Source: Octopus vulgaris (lineage: Eukaryota). Taken from it: a stretch of DNA of 64,000 bases. The notes below the pieces were generated by a model. The model ran no database searches and was not told where the DNA came from. It was given only the letters and a program-made list of their open reading frames with translations. The stretch lies in contig OX597819.1 in assembly GCA_951406725.2 (NCBI GenBank), forward strand, positions 13,826,001 to 13,890,000. The letters are read 5' to 3'. Positions 50,359-63,369 of the stretch are shown here, piece by piece; positions within the stretch are counted from its first letter, which is position 1, and each line of letters starts with the position of its first letter. The position numbers and the translations under genes were made by a program.

Positions 50359-50839
50359 TATATATATATCAGTATCATCATCATCATCATTTAACGTCTG
50401 CTTTCCATGCTGGCATGGGTTAGACAGTTTAACTGGAACAGGTAAGCTGGAGAGCTGCACCAGGTTCCAGTCTGATTTGGCATGGTTTTTACAGCTGGAT
50501 GCCCTTCCTAATGCCAACCACTCCTTCCCTAACACACAAACACACATATCTATCTATTTTTAAGAGACTGATGGAGTAAAATGGCAAGCTTAAAAATGTA
50601 ATGTACTGGGATCAAATCATTCAACTAAAATTTCTTCACAATGGTGCCCCAGCATGGCCACAGTCTAATGGCCGAAACAAGTAAAAGGTAAAAGATATAT
50701 AACTATCTATTCACTTGATTATATACATATATATTTGGGGGTGGGGGTAATCTACTTAGGAGGAAGAGGCAGTGTGGTCATGACTGGAATGCCTTTGATC
50801 ATAGATCTGTTTGATCAGATTTGGCCTGGGGCTAAACAA

Positions 50840-51140
50840 CCACCACAGCACCATTATTATGATTACTATCACCAAAACAACTATGACCACCACTACCACC
50901 ACCACCACCACTGCCACAAACATTGATATGGTTATCATTATTGCCATCATAACAATGAAAACGACCACCACTACCACCACCACCACCACCTCTACAATCC
51001 TTAATATGAATACCATACTGAACCCACCACCACCACCACCACTACCACCAATACTATGACTACCATGATAAATTAATTACCAGAGTGAACTGTAATTCTT
51101 TCCCACATCCATGTAATCAGTCACCGCCACCACCACCATT
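50840..51140. repeat. Degenerate (CAC)n low-complexity tract
   Basis: Direct reading. Confidence 0.9.
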
Positions 51141-51492
51141 GTCGTCACTTCCAAACCATTTAACTCTTGTCTTTGAAAACTGTAGCCATCTTTGCCCATA
51201 TTTATTCCCTCCTCTCTCCTTCTCTCTCTCCTCCTCATTCAACCCATTTCCCACTGCTTATACTCAGAAATCTTCCCTCTTCCTTCTTCTTGTCCTCTTC
51301 ATCCACCACCACCACCACCATCACCATCACACCAAGACTTAATGTGGAAACAAGATTAATAATGGACCCAACATTGTAGAATACTGATCTGCAAGAAATA
51401 GCAGTTAAATCTTCCTCATATCAGATCCGTCATGAGACTCAGAAAGTGACATGGATAAATGTGGTCCAAGATTAGACAGCATCTTAATAAAA

Positions 51493-52045
51493 GGTATGTA
51501 GAGAACAGCTTTGATCACAGACCAACTGGATCAAAACTGACCTGTGGCTAAACAATGAAACTTAAGAAACTTAGAAATCAAAGATGAATTTTGATTAATC
51601 TTTATGATGATCATCATCATTATCATCAAAGTCCGTTTTCCATACTGGCATGGGTTGGACGGTTTGACTGGGGACGATCTGGCAGGGATCACCACCATCC
51701 CCTGCCGGATCTGGAGCTTTAGGTGTTTTCGCTCAATAAACACTCAGCAACGCCTGGTCTGGGAAATGCGAAAGCCGCGATCCTACGTCACGAGTCCGCT
51801 GCCCTAACCTCTGGGCCAGTTGCACCTCCACTGGTATGTAGAGAACAGCTTTGCCTTTCACAGACCAACTGGATCAAAACTGACCTGGGCTAAACAATGA
51901 AACTTAAGAACCTTACGAAATCAAAGATGATTTTATTAATCTTTGATTTTCATCATCATCATCTTCATTTGTCATCATCATCATCATGTGTTTAGTGTCC
52001 GTTTTCCTGCTGGCATGGGTAGTAAAGAAATAGGTTTGACTGGGG
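51493..52045. repeat. ~180-bp duplication flanking a family C head fragment (51682-51831, minus)
   Basis: 51493-51603 matches 51833-51944, each followed by a family E tail. Confidence 0.85.
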
Positions 52046-52534
52046 ACTGGTAAGCCAGGAGGCGGCACCAGGCTCCCATCTGATCTGGCAATGTTTCTAC
52101 AGCCGGATGCCCTTCCTAACACCAACCACTCCAAGAGTGTAGTGGGTGCTTTTTATGTGCAACCAGCACAGTGGGTGTGTGGAGGGAGAGACCGGCATCG
52201 ACCATGTTCAGATAGTGCTTTTTATGTGCCACTGGCACGGGGAGCTAGTCAGGTGGCTCTGGCAATGACCCACGCTTGAATGGTGCCACAACTATAATTT
52301 CCATTTTGATTTTGAATTTTGATCTTACTTGACTCAACAGGTCTTCTCAAGTGCAGCGTATCCACCTGATGATTCAAGGGTACTTTTAAAAGGGGTGGTT
52401 ATGCGACACTGGTATAGGCTATGGCTGTGACCTCACTTTACTTGCCGGGTCTTCATTGCATTTATTTTGTTGATTTATTTTTCTCTCTATTCATGTCTGC
52501 CCATGTGACTAACATTGTGCGTACTTATGTGTAT

Positions 52535-52953
52535 GTATTTCTTTACTACCCACAAAGGGCTAAACATAGAGGGGACAAACAAGGACAGACGAAGGGATTG
52601 AGTTGATTATATCGACCCCAGTGCGAAACTGGTACTTTATTTATCGACCCCGAAAGGATGAAAGGCAAAGTTGACCTCGGCGGAATTTGAACTCAGAACA
52701 TAACGACAGACGAAATACGGCTAAGCACTTCGCCCGGCGCGCTAACGTGTCTGCCAGCTCGCCGCCTTTGTGTATGTACTTATGTGTATGTATGCGTGTG
52801 TGTGACCGCCGAGGTTGACTTTGCCTTTCATCCTTTCGGGGTCGATAAATTAAGTACCAGTTATGCACTGGGGATCGATGTAATCGACTTAATCCGTTTG
52901 TCTGTTCTTGTTTGTCCTCTCTGTGTTTAGCCCCATGTGGGTAGTAAAGAAAT
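52535..52953. mobile_element. Divergent pair of family B SINEs
   Basis: 52535-52766 (-) and 52806-52953 (+, 5'-truncated). Confidence 0.9.
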
Positions 52954-53177
52954 ATGTATGCGTGTGTGTGGGTAGCTGGTCGTCAAGTATAGCTGAAGAG
53001 TTAAGAAGTTTGCTGCATAATCATAAATACCTTGTTCAATCCCCAGAGACAGCATCTAGCATTGGGTTGGGTCCAGTTTTGTGTAGGAGATTGGGCAGAC
53101 GGGGACAATGTGCAAGAAGGTAACTCTGCTTCTTACGTTGCATCAGGGGCACAAATATCTTTGAGCTACTTAAGAGC

Positions 53178-53390
53178 ACACACACACACACGTTCACACG
53201 CACATACACACTCGCACACACTAACACACACAGATACACACTCACAACACACTAACACATGCACACACATACACATACACTCTCACACACACACTCACTC
53301 ACACACACTCACTCACACACACACACTCACACACACACACTCACACACACACACACACACACATACACAGGTATAGGCATCGCTGTGTGG
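53178..53390. repeat. (CA)n/(CACT)n microsatellite
   Basis: Direct reading. Confidence 0.95.
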
Positions 53391-55227
53391 TTAAGTATTT
53401 TGATTCCCAACCACATGGCCCAGGGCTATGATAGAACACTTTTCAAATGTGCCACTGTGTGGCACATTTGGCAAGTGTCTTCTACCATAGCCCTGGGTCA
53501 ACCAAAGCCTTGTGAGTGGATTTAGTAGAGAGAAACTGAAAGAAGACCTTTGTGTGTGTGTGTGTGTATGTATGTGTGTGTGTGTGTATGTATGTATGTG
53601 CGTGTGTGTGCGTGTATGTGTGTGTGTGTGTTCCTCGTTATCTTGATATCATTCAATATTGTAAATGAGTATCACCATCATACAGTGGTGTCATTCATCT
53701 CCAATCTTCCATGGAAACCTATCCAGCCATGGAGTAATGTTACCTTGCTTCAAAAGAAGTAAGATTAGGTGACTGGAGGGGTACCCAGCTGTAGAATATC
53801 CGCCTCAGTCTATTCCACCTGACCTATGCAAACATGGAAAAGTGAACATTGAGATAAAGATGATGATGCAAACGGTTGGTGAGAAGAAGCTGTCAATCAA
53901 ATTGTTTCCAGTCCTAGGCTGATGTTTGTTTTCACAACAATGGATCGATGAAATACTAAGCCAGCCAGCCTTCTCAGACTTTGGGGCTCAGAATCTGAAG
54001 AAAGCCCTCAACTAAATATTGAAGCACATTTTATTTTTTTGTTTCTCTGTCAGCTCTGACATTCCACTGCCTTCTTAACATTAATTACATTACAAACAAT
54101 TATTCAAGAATTTAATGCCTCCCACTCCACACACACACATGCATATGTGTGTGTGTACGTGTGTGCTAATATATATAATTTGATATGTGCTCGTTTATGT
54201 TTATATTAAATATCTTAATCAACATTTTATTATTTTAGGCTTGCTGATGAGCACGGTTGACAGTAAAGTCGATCATAGAAAAATTTTAGTTATGGGAATA
54301 GAACCCTGTTTATATTCCTATAATTATATGAGATGATATTATGTAAATATGGACCGAATGTCGAGACCAACCCATAGCTGTAAGTAGTGGCAACACTAAA
54401 GCCTTAATAGGGGTTCTATGAATTTTTGTAGTCTATAAGCTTTCAGATATTTATGCCATCATCATCATCATCATCATTTTAACATCCACTTTTCCATGTT
54501 TGGATGGATCAGATGGAGTTTATTGAGGTCAATATTCTATGGCTGGATGCTCTTCCTGTCACTAACACTTATCTGTTTCCAATCAAGGTATTAATTCTCT
54601 CTGACCAAGCATGTTTTTGCAGAATCTTGAAAAAGGAATGGTACTATCATGATGTGTATCATGATGGTAAGACAAGAGTACACACAAACACACACACACA
54701 CACACACACAAGACAAGGTATAAATAAAGGTCATTACATATTTTTCCTTTATTGGAATAAAAACTAGTATAACTGGAGCACAACCACTGATATACAATAC
54801 GGGATGATGATTAACTACAACCCTGGACCCTGTCACAAGAATACATGGAGTTCTTTACTAATCTAAACAGTATTGTAAGCCTAGTGTGCTAACAGAGAGC
54901 TTATGAAGTATTTTGCTCAGACTGATAATCCCTCACTAATAACTCTGTTATATGCGTAGCCAATTTAGCCTTTTTCATTTTCCCTTGGTATACTTTTAAC
55001 TTACTAAAGGCACTCCAAGGCTTTTGTAGTACAGTTGTATTATGATAACATAGGCTTATTTACTTCTCACTCAGATACACATACACATTGGGCTTTTGTC
55101 AGTTTACCAAACCTACTCACAGACTTTGGGCAACACAGAGCAAGGTGCCATGCAGTGGGACTGAACTGAAAACCATGTTGGTTAGAAGTAAACTTCTTAA
55201 CCACACAGCCATGTCTATGTCATTTAA

Positions 55228-56077
55228 CTGGGTGCACAAAATTGAAAATAACACTGATGTCTCATTTTAACAGATATATTTACCAAAATTACATAAGATT
55301 ATCTTGAAATACTAAAGAGTAAATTTATTCAATAAAATCGCCATTGGCTTCAACCACAGCTTCCAGATGACTTCGGAATCTCCTGCAACTCTTCTGGATG
55401 ATCACCTTGTTGAAGTTGGTGCATGCTGCCATAATTCTTATCTTTAATTCATCTTTGGTGTTAGAAGGAGTTTTGTTGGTCTCTTTCTCAACTGTGCCCT
55501 ACACATAATAATCAAGGGGGTTGTAGTATGGGGTAGTTAGGTGCCCAGATGTTAGGGGTGATGTGGTTGCAGAAATTGCCTGACAGCCATGACTGGGTTC
55601 TCCTGCTTGTGTGGCATGGTGCAGAGTCCTGTTACCAGACATAGGGTCTTCCAGTAACCACCTTCTTAACTCAGGGCAGCACTACCCCCTCCAGGCACTT
55701 GATGTAGGCCTCCGTGTTGAGTCTGAGGCTGTGTGAGAAGATGAATGGAGGCATACCGTTGCCATCACTAGTGATCGCTCTAAATACCATGATGTTGACT
55801 GGATGTTTGATTTTTATCACTTTTGGTACATGTTTTGTCAACTCAGATTGGCACTCAAACACCTGAAATGTTTTTATTGGAGCTTCCAGCATGAATGCCA
55901 AGCAGTACAGCATGTTATTTCCAAATTTTCTGGCAGAGTAACTTGCATTATGGTGCTGTCTTTCTCACAGACAGGGCCCAACTGGCCCTGCTATACTGTG
56001 TAGTCGACAAACTCAAAACAATGTGCATGTGTGAAATAAAAAATATAAAATGGTGACAATTTACCCACCGCACCCTG
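55228..56077 (-). mobile_element. Internally deleted DD37D (maT-type) Tc1/mariner element
   Basis: QDSAPCH...W.PN.P..NPLDYYV with 37 residues between the two Asp after correcting a +1 frameshift; TA-CAGGGTG end at 56071-56079. Confidence 0.8.
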
Positions 56078-57008
56078 TATATTCACACACACACACATGT
56101 ATATATATGAGTGCGTGTATGAATATGCCACATTCTAGCATATCATCATCATCATCATCATCATTTAACGTCCGCTTTCCATGCTAGCATGAGTTGGACG
56201 GTTCAACTGGGGTCTGGGGAGCCCGAAGGCTGCACCAGTCCAGTCAGATCTGGCAGATCATATATATATATATATATATATATCATCGTTTAACGTCCGT
56301 TCTCCATATATATATGTCAGACATGACCACCCCAAAGCTTATGTTATTTAGTGGTATTTATATTAACCTTGGTAAGAGAAAAGGTCAAAGCAGGTTTGGG
56401 TTTAATTTGAACACAGAATACAAAACATTACAACCAAATATAAACACATTATTCTATCTGATGATGCTCTACTGATTTTGGTATCAACTTACAATGTATG
56501 TGTGTGTGTGTGTGTGTTTTGTTTGGTCTTAAATTTCCTGATCCATTGATGAATTCAAGTTTTTTTTCAGTGTAAAATAGAAATGATTTAAGATTACGAT
56601 AAAAAACAAAAAAAAACAAAAAAATAAATAAAACAAGTAATAAAATAATGGAAAAACAAAGGTAAACAAAGAAAGGGCAAATAAAAACAAAACAAGAAAA
56701 CAAGCATAAACAATAACAATTACAACAACAAGAAAAACCAATGGCCTTAACTAGGTTAAACCGCTTATAGGGGCGGTTGATTGAGTGGAGTACAAAGAAA
56801 ACCTGCTTCCATTCTTATGAGTACATTGCATATTGATTAAGTCTGATGGAATAAAACCTAATGCTTTGGAACTGGTGTGTGTGTGTATGTGTGTGTATGT
56901 ATATATACATACACACTCACACATATATGAATAGAAATGATGATGATGAAATAAATGTTATGTGGATGTAGACCTTGAAATATGTGTGTATACATGAATA
57001 TATAAGTA

Positions 57009-57393
57009 TGTGGAGGCACAATGGCCCAGTAGTTAGGGCAGCGGACTCGCGGTCATAGGATCGCAGTTTCGATTCCCAGACCGGGCATTGTGAGTGTTTA
57101 TTGAGCGAAAACACCTAAAACTCCACGAGGCTCTGGCAGGGGGGTGGTGGTGAACCCTGCTGTACTCTTTCACCACAACTTTCTCTCGCTCTTTCTTCCT
57201 GTTTCTCTTGTACCTGTATTTCAAAGGGCCAGCCTTGTCACACACTCTGTGTCACACTGAATCTCCTCGAGAACTACGTTAAGGGTACACGTGTCTGTGG
57301 AGTGCTCAGCCACTTGCACGTTAATATCACGAGCAAGCTGTTCCGTTGATCGTATCAGCTGGGACCCTAATCGTCGCAACCAACGGAGTGCTC
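57009..57393 (+). mobile_element. SINE family C
   Basis: Full-length copy with A/B boxes. Confidence 0.9.
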
Positions 57394-57941
57394 CTATATA
57401 TATATATATATATATGTGTAGAAATAAACACACACACACACACACACATACATACGTTGCAATTGGTGAATATTAGGTTTGTTGAATACAGTTTTCCAGA
57501 GAGGCTACTCACTGGTTCACTGCATTTTGACGGCAAGAGTGACAAGGGAGTATCTATAATTTGGTGCAGAACAAATATCCATAAAGGCTTGATTTGAAAA
57601 CAGGCCATTGATTTTTTTTTTTTTAATAATGAAGTCTTTTATATTTATTTCTTAAACATTTCTTCTGTTTTTTGGCTAAGGCTATGAAGCAGTAGAGAAA
57701 GAAAAGTGAGGGGACAGAACATCAGTGGAGCTGAGATCGCGGTGTGTTGGTGAGGGGGCCAGTAAATTCATGCTAATTGGTCAGGGATAGGGCTCTGTTG
57801 TTTTTTCTTCCAAATGTGCACAAGGATATCTATATGTGTATACCAGTCCCATTCCATATGTAAGAGCTGTATTCCATTTCAAGTCTCATTCGAGCTCCTT
57901 CAGAGACCAGAAAAAAAGAAATATATATATATATATATACA

Positions 57942-58730
57942 TTACTCTTTTTACTCTTTTACTTGTTTCAGTCATTTGACTGCGGCCATGCTGGAGCAAT
58001 GCCTTTAGTCGAGCAAATCGACCCCGGGACTTATTCTTTGTAAGCCCAGTACTTATTCTATCGGTCTCTTTTGCCGAACTGCTAAGTGATGGGGACGTAA
58101 ACACACCAGCATCGGTTGACAAGCAATGCTAGGGGGACAAACACAGACACACAAACATATACACACACACTTATATATATATACATACATACAACAGGCT
58201 TCTTTCAGTTTCCGTCTACCAAATCCATTCACAAGGCATATATATCATCATCATCATTATCATCATTTAACGTCCTTTTCCATGCTGGCATGGGTTGGAC
58301 AGTTCGACTGGTGTCTGGGAAGCCAGGAGGCTGCATCAGGCCCCAATCTGATCTGGCAGTGTTTCTACAGCTGGATGCCCTTCTTAACACTAATTACTCC
58401 GAGAGTGTAGTGGGTGCTTTTTATATGCCACTGGCACAGGAGCCAGAGGAGTTGGTATCGACCAAGATAAGATGGTGCTTTTTATGTACCACCAGCACGG
58501 AAGCCAGTCAAAACAGCACTGGTATCGGCCATGTTCGGATGGTGCTTTTTACGTGCTACCAGCATGGGGCTCACAAGTACAATTTCCATTTGATTTGATT
58601 TTGATGTTGATGTTGTTGTACATGACTCAATAGGTCTCCTCAAGCATGGCATGTCGCCCTACAATCCAAGGAACTTTTGAGTGGGCTGGTTATGCGACAC
58701 TGGTGTAGGTTACAGTTGTGGACTCACTTT
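57942..58730 (-). mobile_element. Family A SINE (57942-58238) truncated by a family E SINE (58243-58730)
   Basis: Similarity to other copies. Confidence 0.85.
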
Positions 58731-59207
58731 ATGTATTTATAGTCTGTGGTGTGTAGATTTTCCTGGTGGTTTCAGTTCTGTTGTACATTTTCCCTGCAGA
58801 CTAGACTTATGCTGTTACTCTTTGCAAACCGTGTTTGAGTACTTTTGTGGGAAATATATATATATTCTTCAACTGGAAACTTGTGGGAATTTTTTTTTAC
58901 ACTGCATCGTCTGCCTTCTTTCTTTTCCTCTTTTACTTGTTTCAGGCTTTTGGTTGCAGCCATGCTGGGGTCACCACCTTGAAAAATTTGTTAGCCTTGT
59001 AACATGTCTGGCCCAGTGGAACTTGGGCTTTTGGTATTCTGTGATTACATCATTCTCTCCTCTCTGTTCTTGAATTATCTAATTTTGATTATGATGCCAT
59101 AATGATAATGCTATCATGGACTTTTCCATGGCTCTCTGCATTGTAGCCAATTTATCCTCTTCTTAGAAATCCATATCTCACCTGTGTGTGTGATATATAT
59201 GTATATA

Positions 59208-59553
59208 TCATCATCATCATCTAACATCCGTTTTACATGCTGGCATAGATTGGACTGTTTGACTGAGGTATGGAGAGCCAGTGGCTGCACCAGGCTCCAA
59301 TCTTGATCTGGCAAAGTTTCTACAGCTGGATGCCCTTCCTAATGCCACCCACTCCGAGAGTGTAGTGGGTACTTTTTAAGTGCCACCTGCACAGGAGCTA
59401 ATCAGGTGGGCCTGTCATCGATCACATTCGGAGAGTGCTTTTTACGTGTCACTGGCATGGGGGCCAGTAGGGGGTACTGGCATCGGCCATATTTTGTTGG
59501 TGCTTTTTACGTGCCAGTCAGGTGGACCTGACATCAACCATGTTCAGATGATG

Positions 59554-59604
<51 letters not shown>

Positions 59605-59838
59605 TCATCATCATCATCATCGTTTAACGGCCGTTTTCTGCGCTAGCACGGGTTGGACGGTTTGACCGGGGTCTGGGAAGCCAGGGGCCGCTCCAGGCTC
59701 CAGTCTGATCTGGCAGAGTTTCTACGGCTGGATGCCCTTCCTAACGCCAACCACTCCACGAGTGGAGTGGGTGCTTTTTACGTACCACCTGCACAGGGGC
59801 CGGGGGTCCGGCATCGGTCACGATCGGTTCGAGCTTTT
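59208..59838 (-). mobile_element. Two tandem family E SINE copies
   Basis: 59208-59560 and 59601-59838. Confidence 0.85.
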
Positions 59839-60520
59839 CTAGAGTTGAGTTGGGGGGAGGGGTCCAGCTGAGAAAGGTTCCACCAGTGAAAAGAGAGGGA
59901 GAGATAGTGGGGGGGGGTGCAGGTAATATAGGGAAGCACCAGTGGGGAAGGTTGGGGTAAGGAGGAACGATGACAGGGAAGGGTTAGTGCAGGTGCGTAA
60001 GAAATAAAAACGTAGGATATCACGAGGCGGGGAGGGGACTGGAACGAGATAGTCGGATTGAGGCAGTGACAGATTTAAAACAGGAGGTAACGTAAGATCA
60101 GTGGGGCGGTTGATGAGCTGCGGCGCTAGCAGCTTGTCTTGGTGGGGGGAAGGGGTAGTACACAGTGAAAGCATGTGAGGAGGAGGGGTAGGAGGGAGAG
60201 ACACACGTAATGGTGGTGGGGGAGGAGGGCATATCCGGTGTAGATGGTGAGAACAGTGTTCACCGGTATTGGTGGTGGGGGTGAGGGTGGTAGGGCGAGG
60301 GCATCGCCAAATGGCGGAAAGATGGAATTAAGGATTGAAGGTAACCTTAAACGGTTAAATTTCGTAGAGAAAGATAGGAAAAACAAAGCAAGTTAAGACA
60401 TTTAACGAATGAGCAATGAATGAGAGGTATAGAAGATAAATGAGATAAAAATCTTTTTAACTTGCTGTGGACATAAGGCCGGAAGTTGATTTGGAGAAGA
60501 AGGAAGTTTGAATTGGGGAT

Positions 60521-60553
<33 letters not shown>

Positions 60554-60900
60554 GAGATATATATAAGGTGTTTTCATCAAGGTGATTCAGACTAATACCT
60601 AATGAATATGTATTTTAATTGGATTTTTAAATTGGATTGCTCCTCAATTTTAGACAAAATAAACTATAATGATATTAATATAACTTTCCTCCACTGTCAC
60701 ATATGTTTAACCACTCTGTCTCCAATCACGGAATACTCAGCCTATAGAATCCTCACTTGGCATGAAGTTCCTATAGCTGAGATATTCTAGAAACAGCTGT
60801 TAGAGACTATATACACCTTTTCATTATATAGCTAAGTTTAGCCGAACCGTTTGCCTCCCGTTTCTGTTTTAATCTCTCTCTCTCACTCTCTCCCTCTCTT

Positions 60901-60936
<36 letters not shown>

Positions 60937-60979
60937 CCACCGGCACAAGCATCACAACTACTATATCAATGGAAATAGT

Positions 60980-61432
60980 AGTTGTGATGCCTGTGCCGGT
61001 GGCACATAAAAAGCACTATCTGAACGTGGCCGATGCCAGCGCCGCCCCGACTGGCTTCTGTGCCGGTGGCACATAAAAACCACCATCCGAATGTGGCCAA
61101 TGCCAGCGCCGCTCCAACTGGCTTCTGTGCCGGTGGCACATAAAAAGCACCATCCGAACGTTGCCAGTGCCGCCTTAGCTGGCTTCTGTGCCACTGGCAC
61201 GTTAAAAGCTCCGACCGATCATGGCCGATGCCGGACCCCCCCCCCCCGGCCCCTGTGCAGGTGGCACGTAAAAAGCACCCACTACACTCGCAGAGTGGTT
61301 GGCGTTAGGAAGGGCATCCAGCCGTAGAAACTCTGCCAGATCAGACTGGAGCCTGGAGCAGACCCCGGTCGAACCGTCCAACCCGTGCTAGCACGGAAAA
61401 CGGACGTTAAACGATGATGATGATGATGATGA
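60980..61432 (+). mobile_element. SINE family E with five array units
   Basis: Units at 60992, 61059, 61126, 61187, 61254. Confidence 0.9.
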
Positions 61433-61701
61433 GGATGTACATGTATTTGTCTTGATGTTGAGAATAGCTGTAAATAAGGGTGTCCATCCATAGAGAAATC
61501 TACTTTGGTATATTCCATATGACCATTGCAAGCATAGAAGTGTGGCTATTAAAATAATTATCATGCATACGCTTTCACACACACACACACACATGTATAT
61601 GAAAGAAATAAAAGTAGTTTTGCCCTTTTAATACCGATCCACCTGAGTCTGACCCCTCGTTCTATGATGCTAACTTGCTATGTTAAAATGGTTTGGGTTA
61701 A

Positions 61702-61913
61702 CCCTTTTGTTACCAACCCAGCTGAAACCACCTCTGGCTCTGTAGTACAAATGTCTTGTTTTCATAAGTTTTGAATTAAAATCTTCCACCAAACCTTAGT
61801 CACAATTCATGTTCCTAACACCAGCTGAATGATATTTTACTAAATTCTTTGTTATATATAAAGTAATTGAAAGAAACACAGAGTATGTCAAAATAAATAC
61901 AGTAACGAAAGGG
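61702..61913. mobile_element. Complete piggyBac-type MITE family 2 (related half copy continues to 62054)
   Basis: TTAA-CCCTTTTGTTAC / GTAACGAAAGGG-TTAA. Confidence 0.88.
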
Positions 61914-63369
61914 TTAAAACTGTCTATCAAATTTTCACATTAATTTATATTCCAATCGCTAACTTAATGATAACAAAGTTAATTCGCCAAATTCTTTATT
62001 TTCAAAATTAATTGAAAAACAGGGTACCTCAACAGAAATACCATAACTAAAAGGTTAAGAAGAGAACTCAAAACAAAAAATGTAGTCTAATTAATATCTT
62101 TATAAAACAGCTGGATTGTCTTTTAGTTATACTTACACACACACACACACACACACACATATACCAATATAAACACATTACCTCTCTATCTCTCTCTCTC
62201 TTGCACACACACACACACATGCATGATATATGGGTCACTGTTGATGCTGTTAGCTAGTACTCATATTCTATTGGTCAAATAGAACATTTGGGATTAAATT
62301 TGATTGGTTAAGAACATTTAACACGTTGTACAAACTTCTTGGAGGCCTCTCCACAAGTGATCTCCCGTCCACTGTTGTATTATGAGGTCAAACAAAATAG
62401 AAAAAGATTGATTATGGACTTTACACGTCCAACTTAAGCAGCTACTGTTTGTTAGAACTTTCTAGATAACTGTTGTTGTTTGTTTTAATCTGGATTGGCT
62501 TATTGATTTATATTGATTTATATATATATTTTTCTTTTCCCATTTCTCCTAGCTGATCATTATTATCATTATTATTATCATTATTATTATTATTATTATT
62601 ATAATAATAATAATACTTTTATTGCATCTTGCCGTCTTTTCTATTTTTCAGTTCATCCTTTATGTAAATCCCGATATACAAATTGTTCTCTGTTCTTGTT
62701 GTCCCCCTCATCTGTGCCCCCATGCCTAATAAAAGAAATTATTATTATTATTATTATTATTATTTATTATTATTACTACTACTGTTGTTGTTGTCATTGT
62801 TATTTAGTTCAAATTTATATCTTATTTTATTGATTTTTGTTATTGATTAATTTTGACGTAATATCCTTAACATATTTTCTCTCCTTCCCCCCCCCCCCAG
62901 TCGGATCAGTAATGCAGGGCAGGAGGAGGTTTTTAATTATTTATTTATTTAATTTTTTCTGATGGTGGTGGTGGTGGGGGTGGGGGATGAAATGGCAACA
63001 ACAACAACATGTTAAAAATCAATCGATAAAACAGAAAGTAACAGTATGATTAGGATATCAGTCTTGACCTTAAAATAGCAACCTAAGCAGCAACAACAAC
63101 AACAACAACAGCTGCAGTGTAAGCAATAGCCCTAGGGATACAGGTAACAGCATTAGTAATGCCAGCAGTGATGAAGGTGGTGGTGGTGGCAGTGGTAGCA
63201 GCAGTAGAAAGGAAAAGAAAGGCGCCATTCTAATGAGTAAAGTTCTGTATAGTTACCCGACCTTTGAAAAACAGTAGTTATATCTCACTCAAATCGCACT
63301 CTGTTATGGCGGGGTGGGGGGAATAAACCAGCATTGCATATTAGATAATGCGGTCCTAGATGTACTATC

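Noticed and set aside
63085-63240. PolyQ/polyG-like coding exon
   Set aside because: Trinucleotide low complexity with nearby stops and no convincing splice sites
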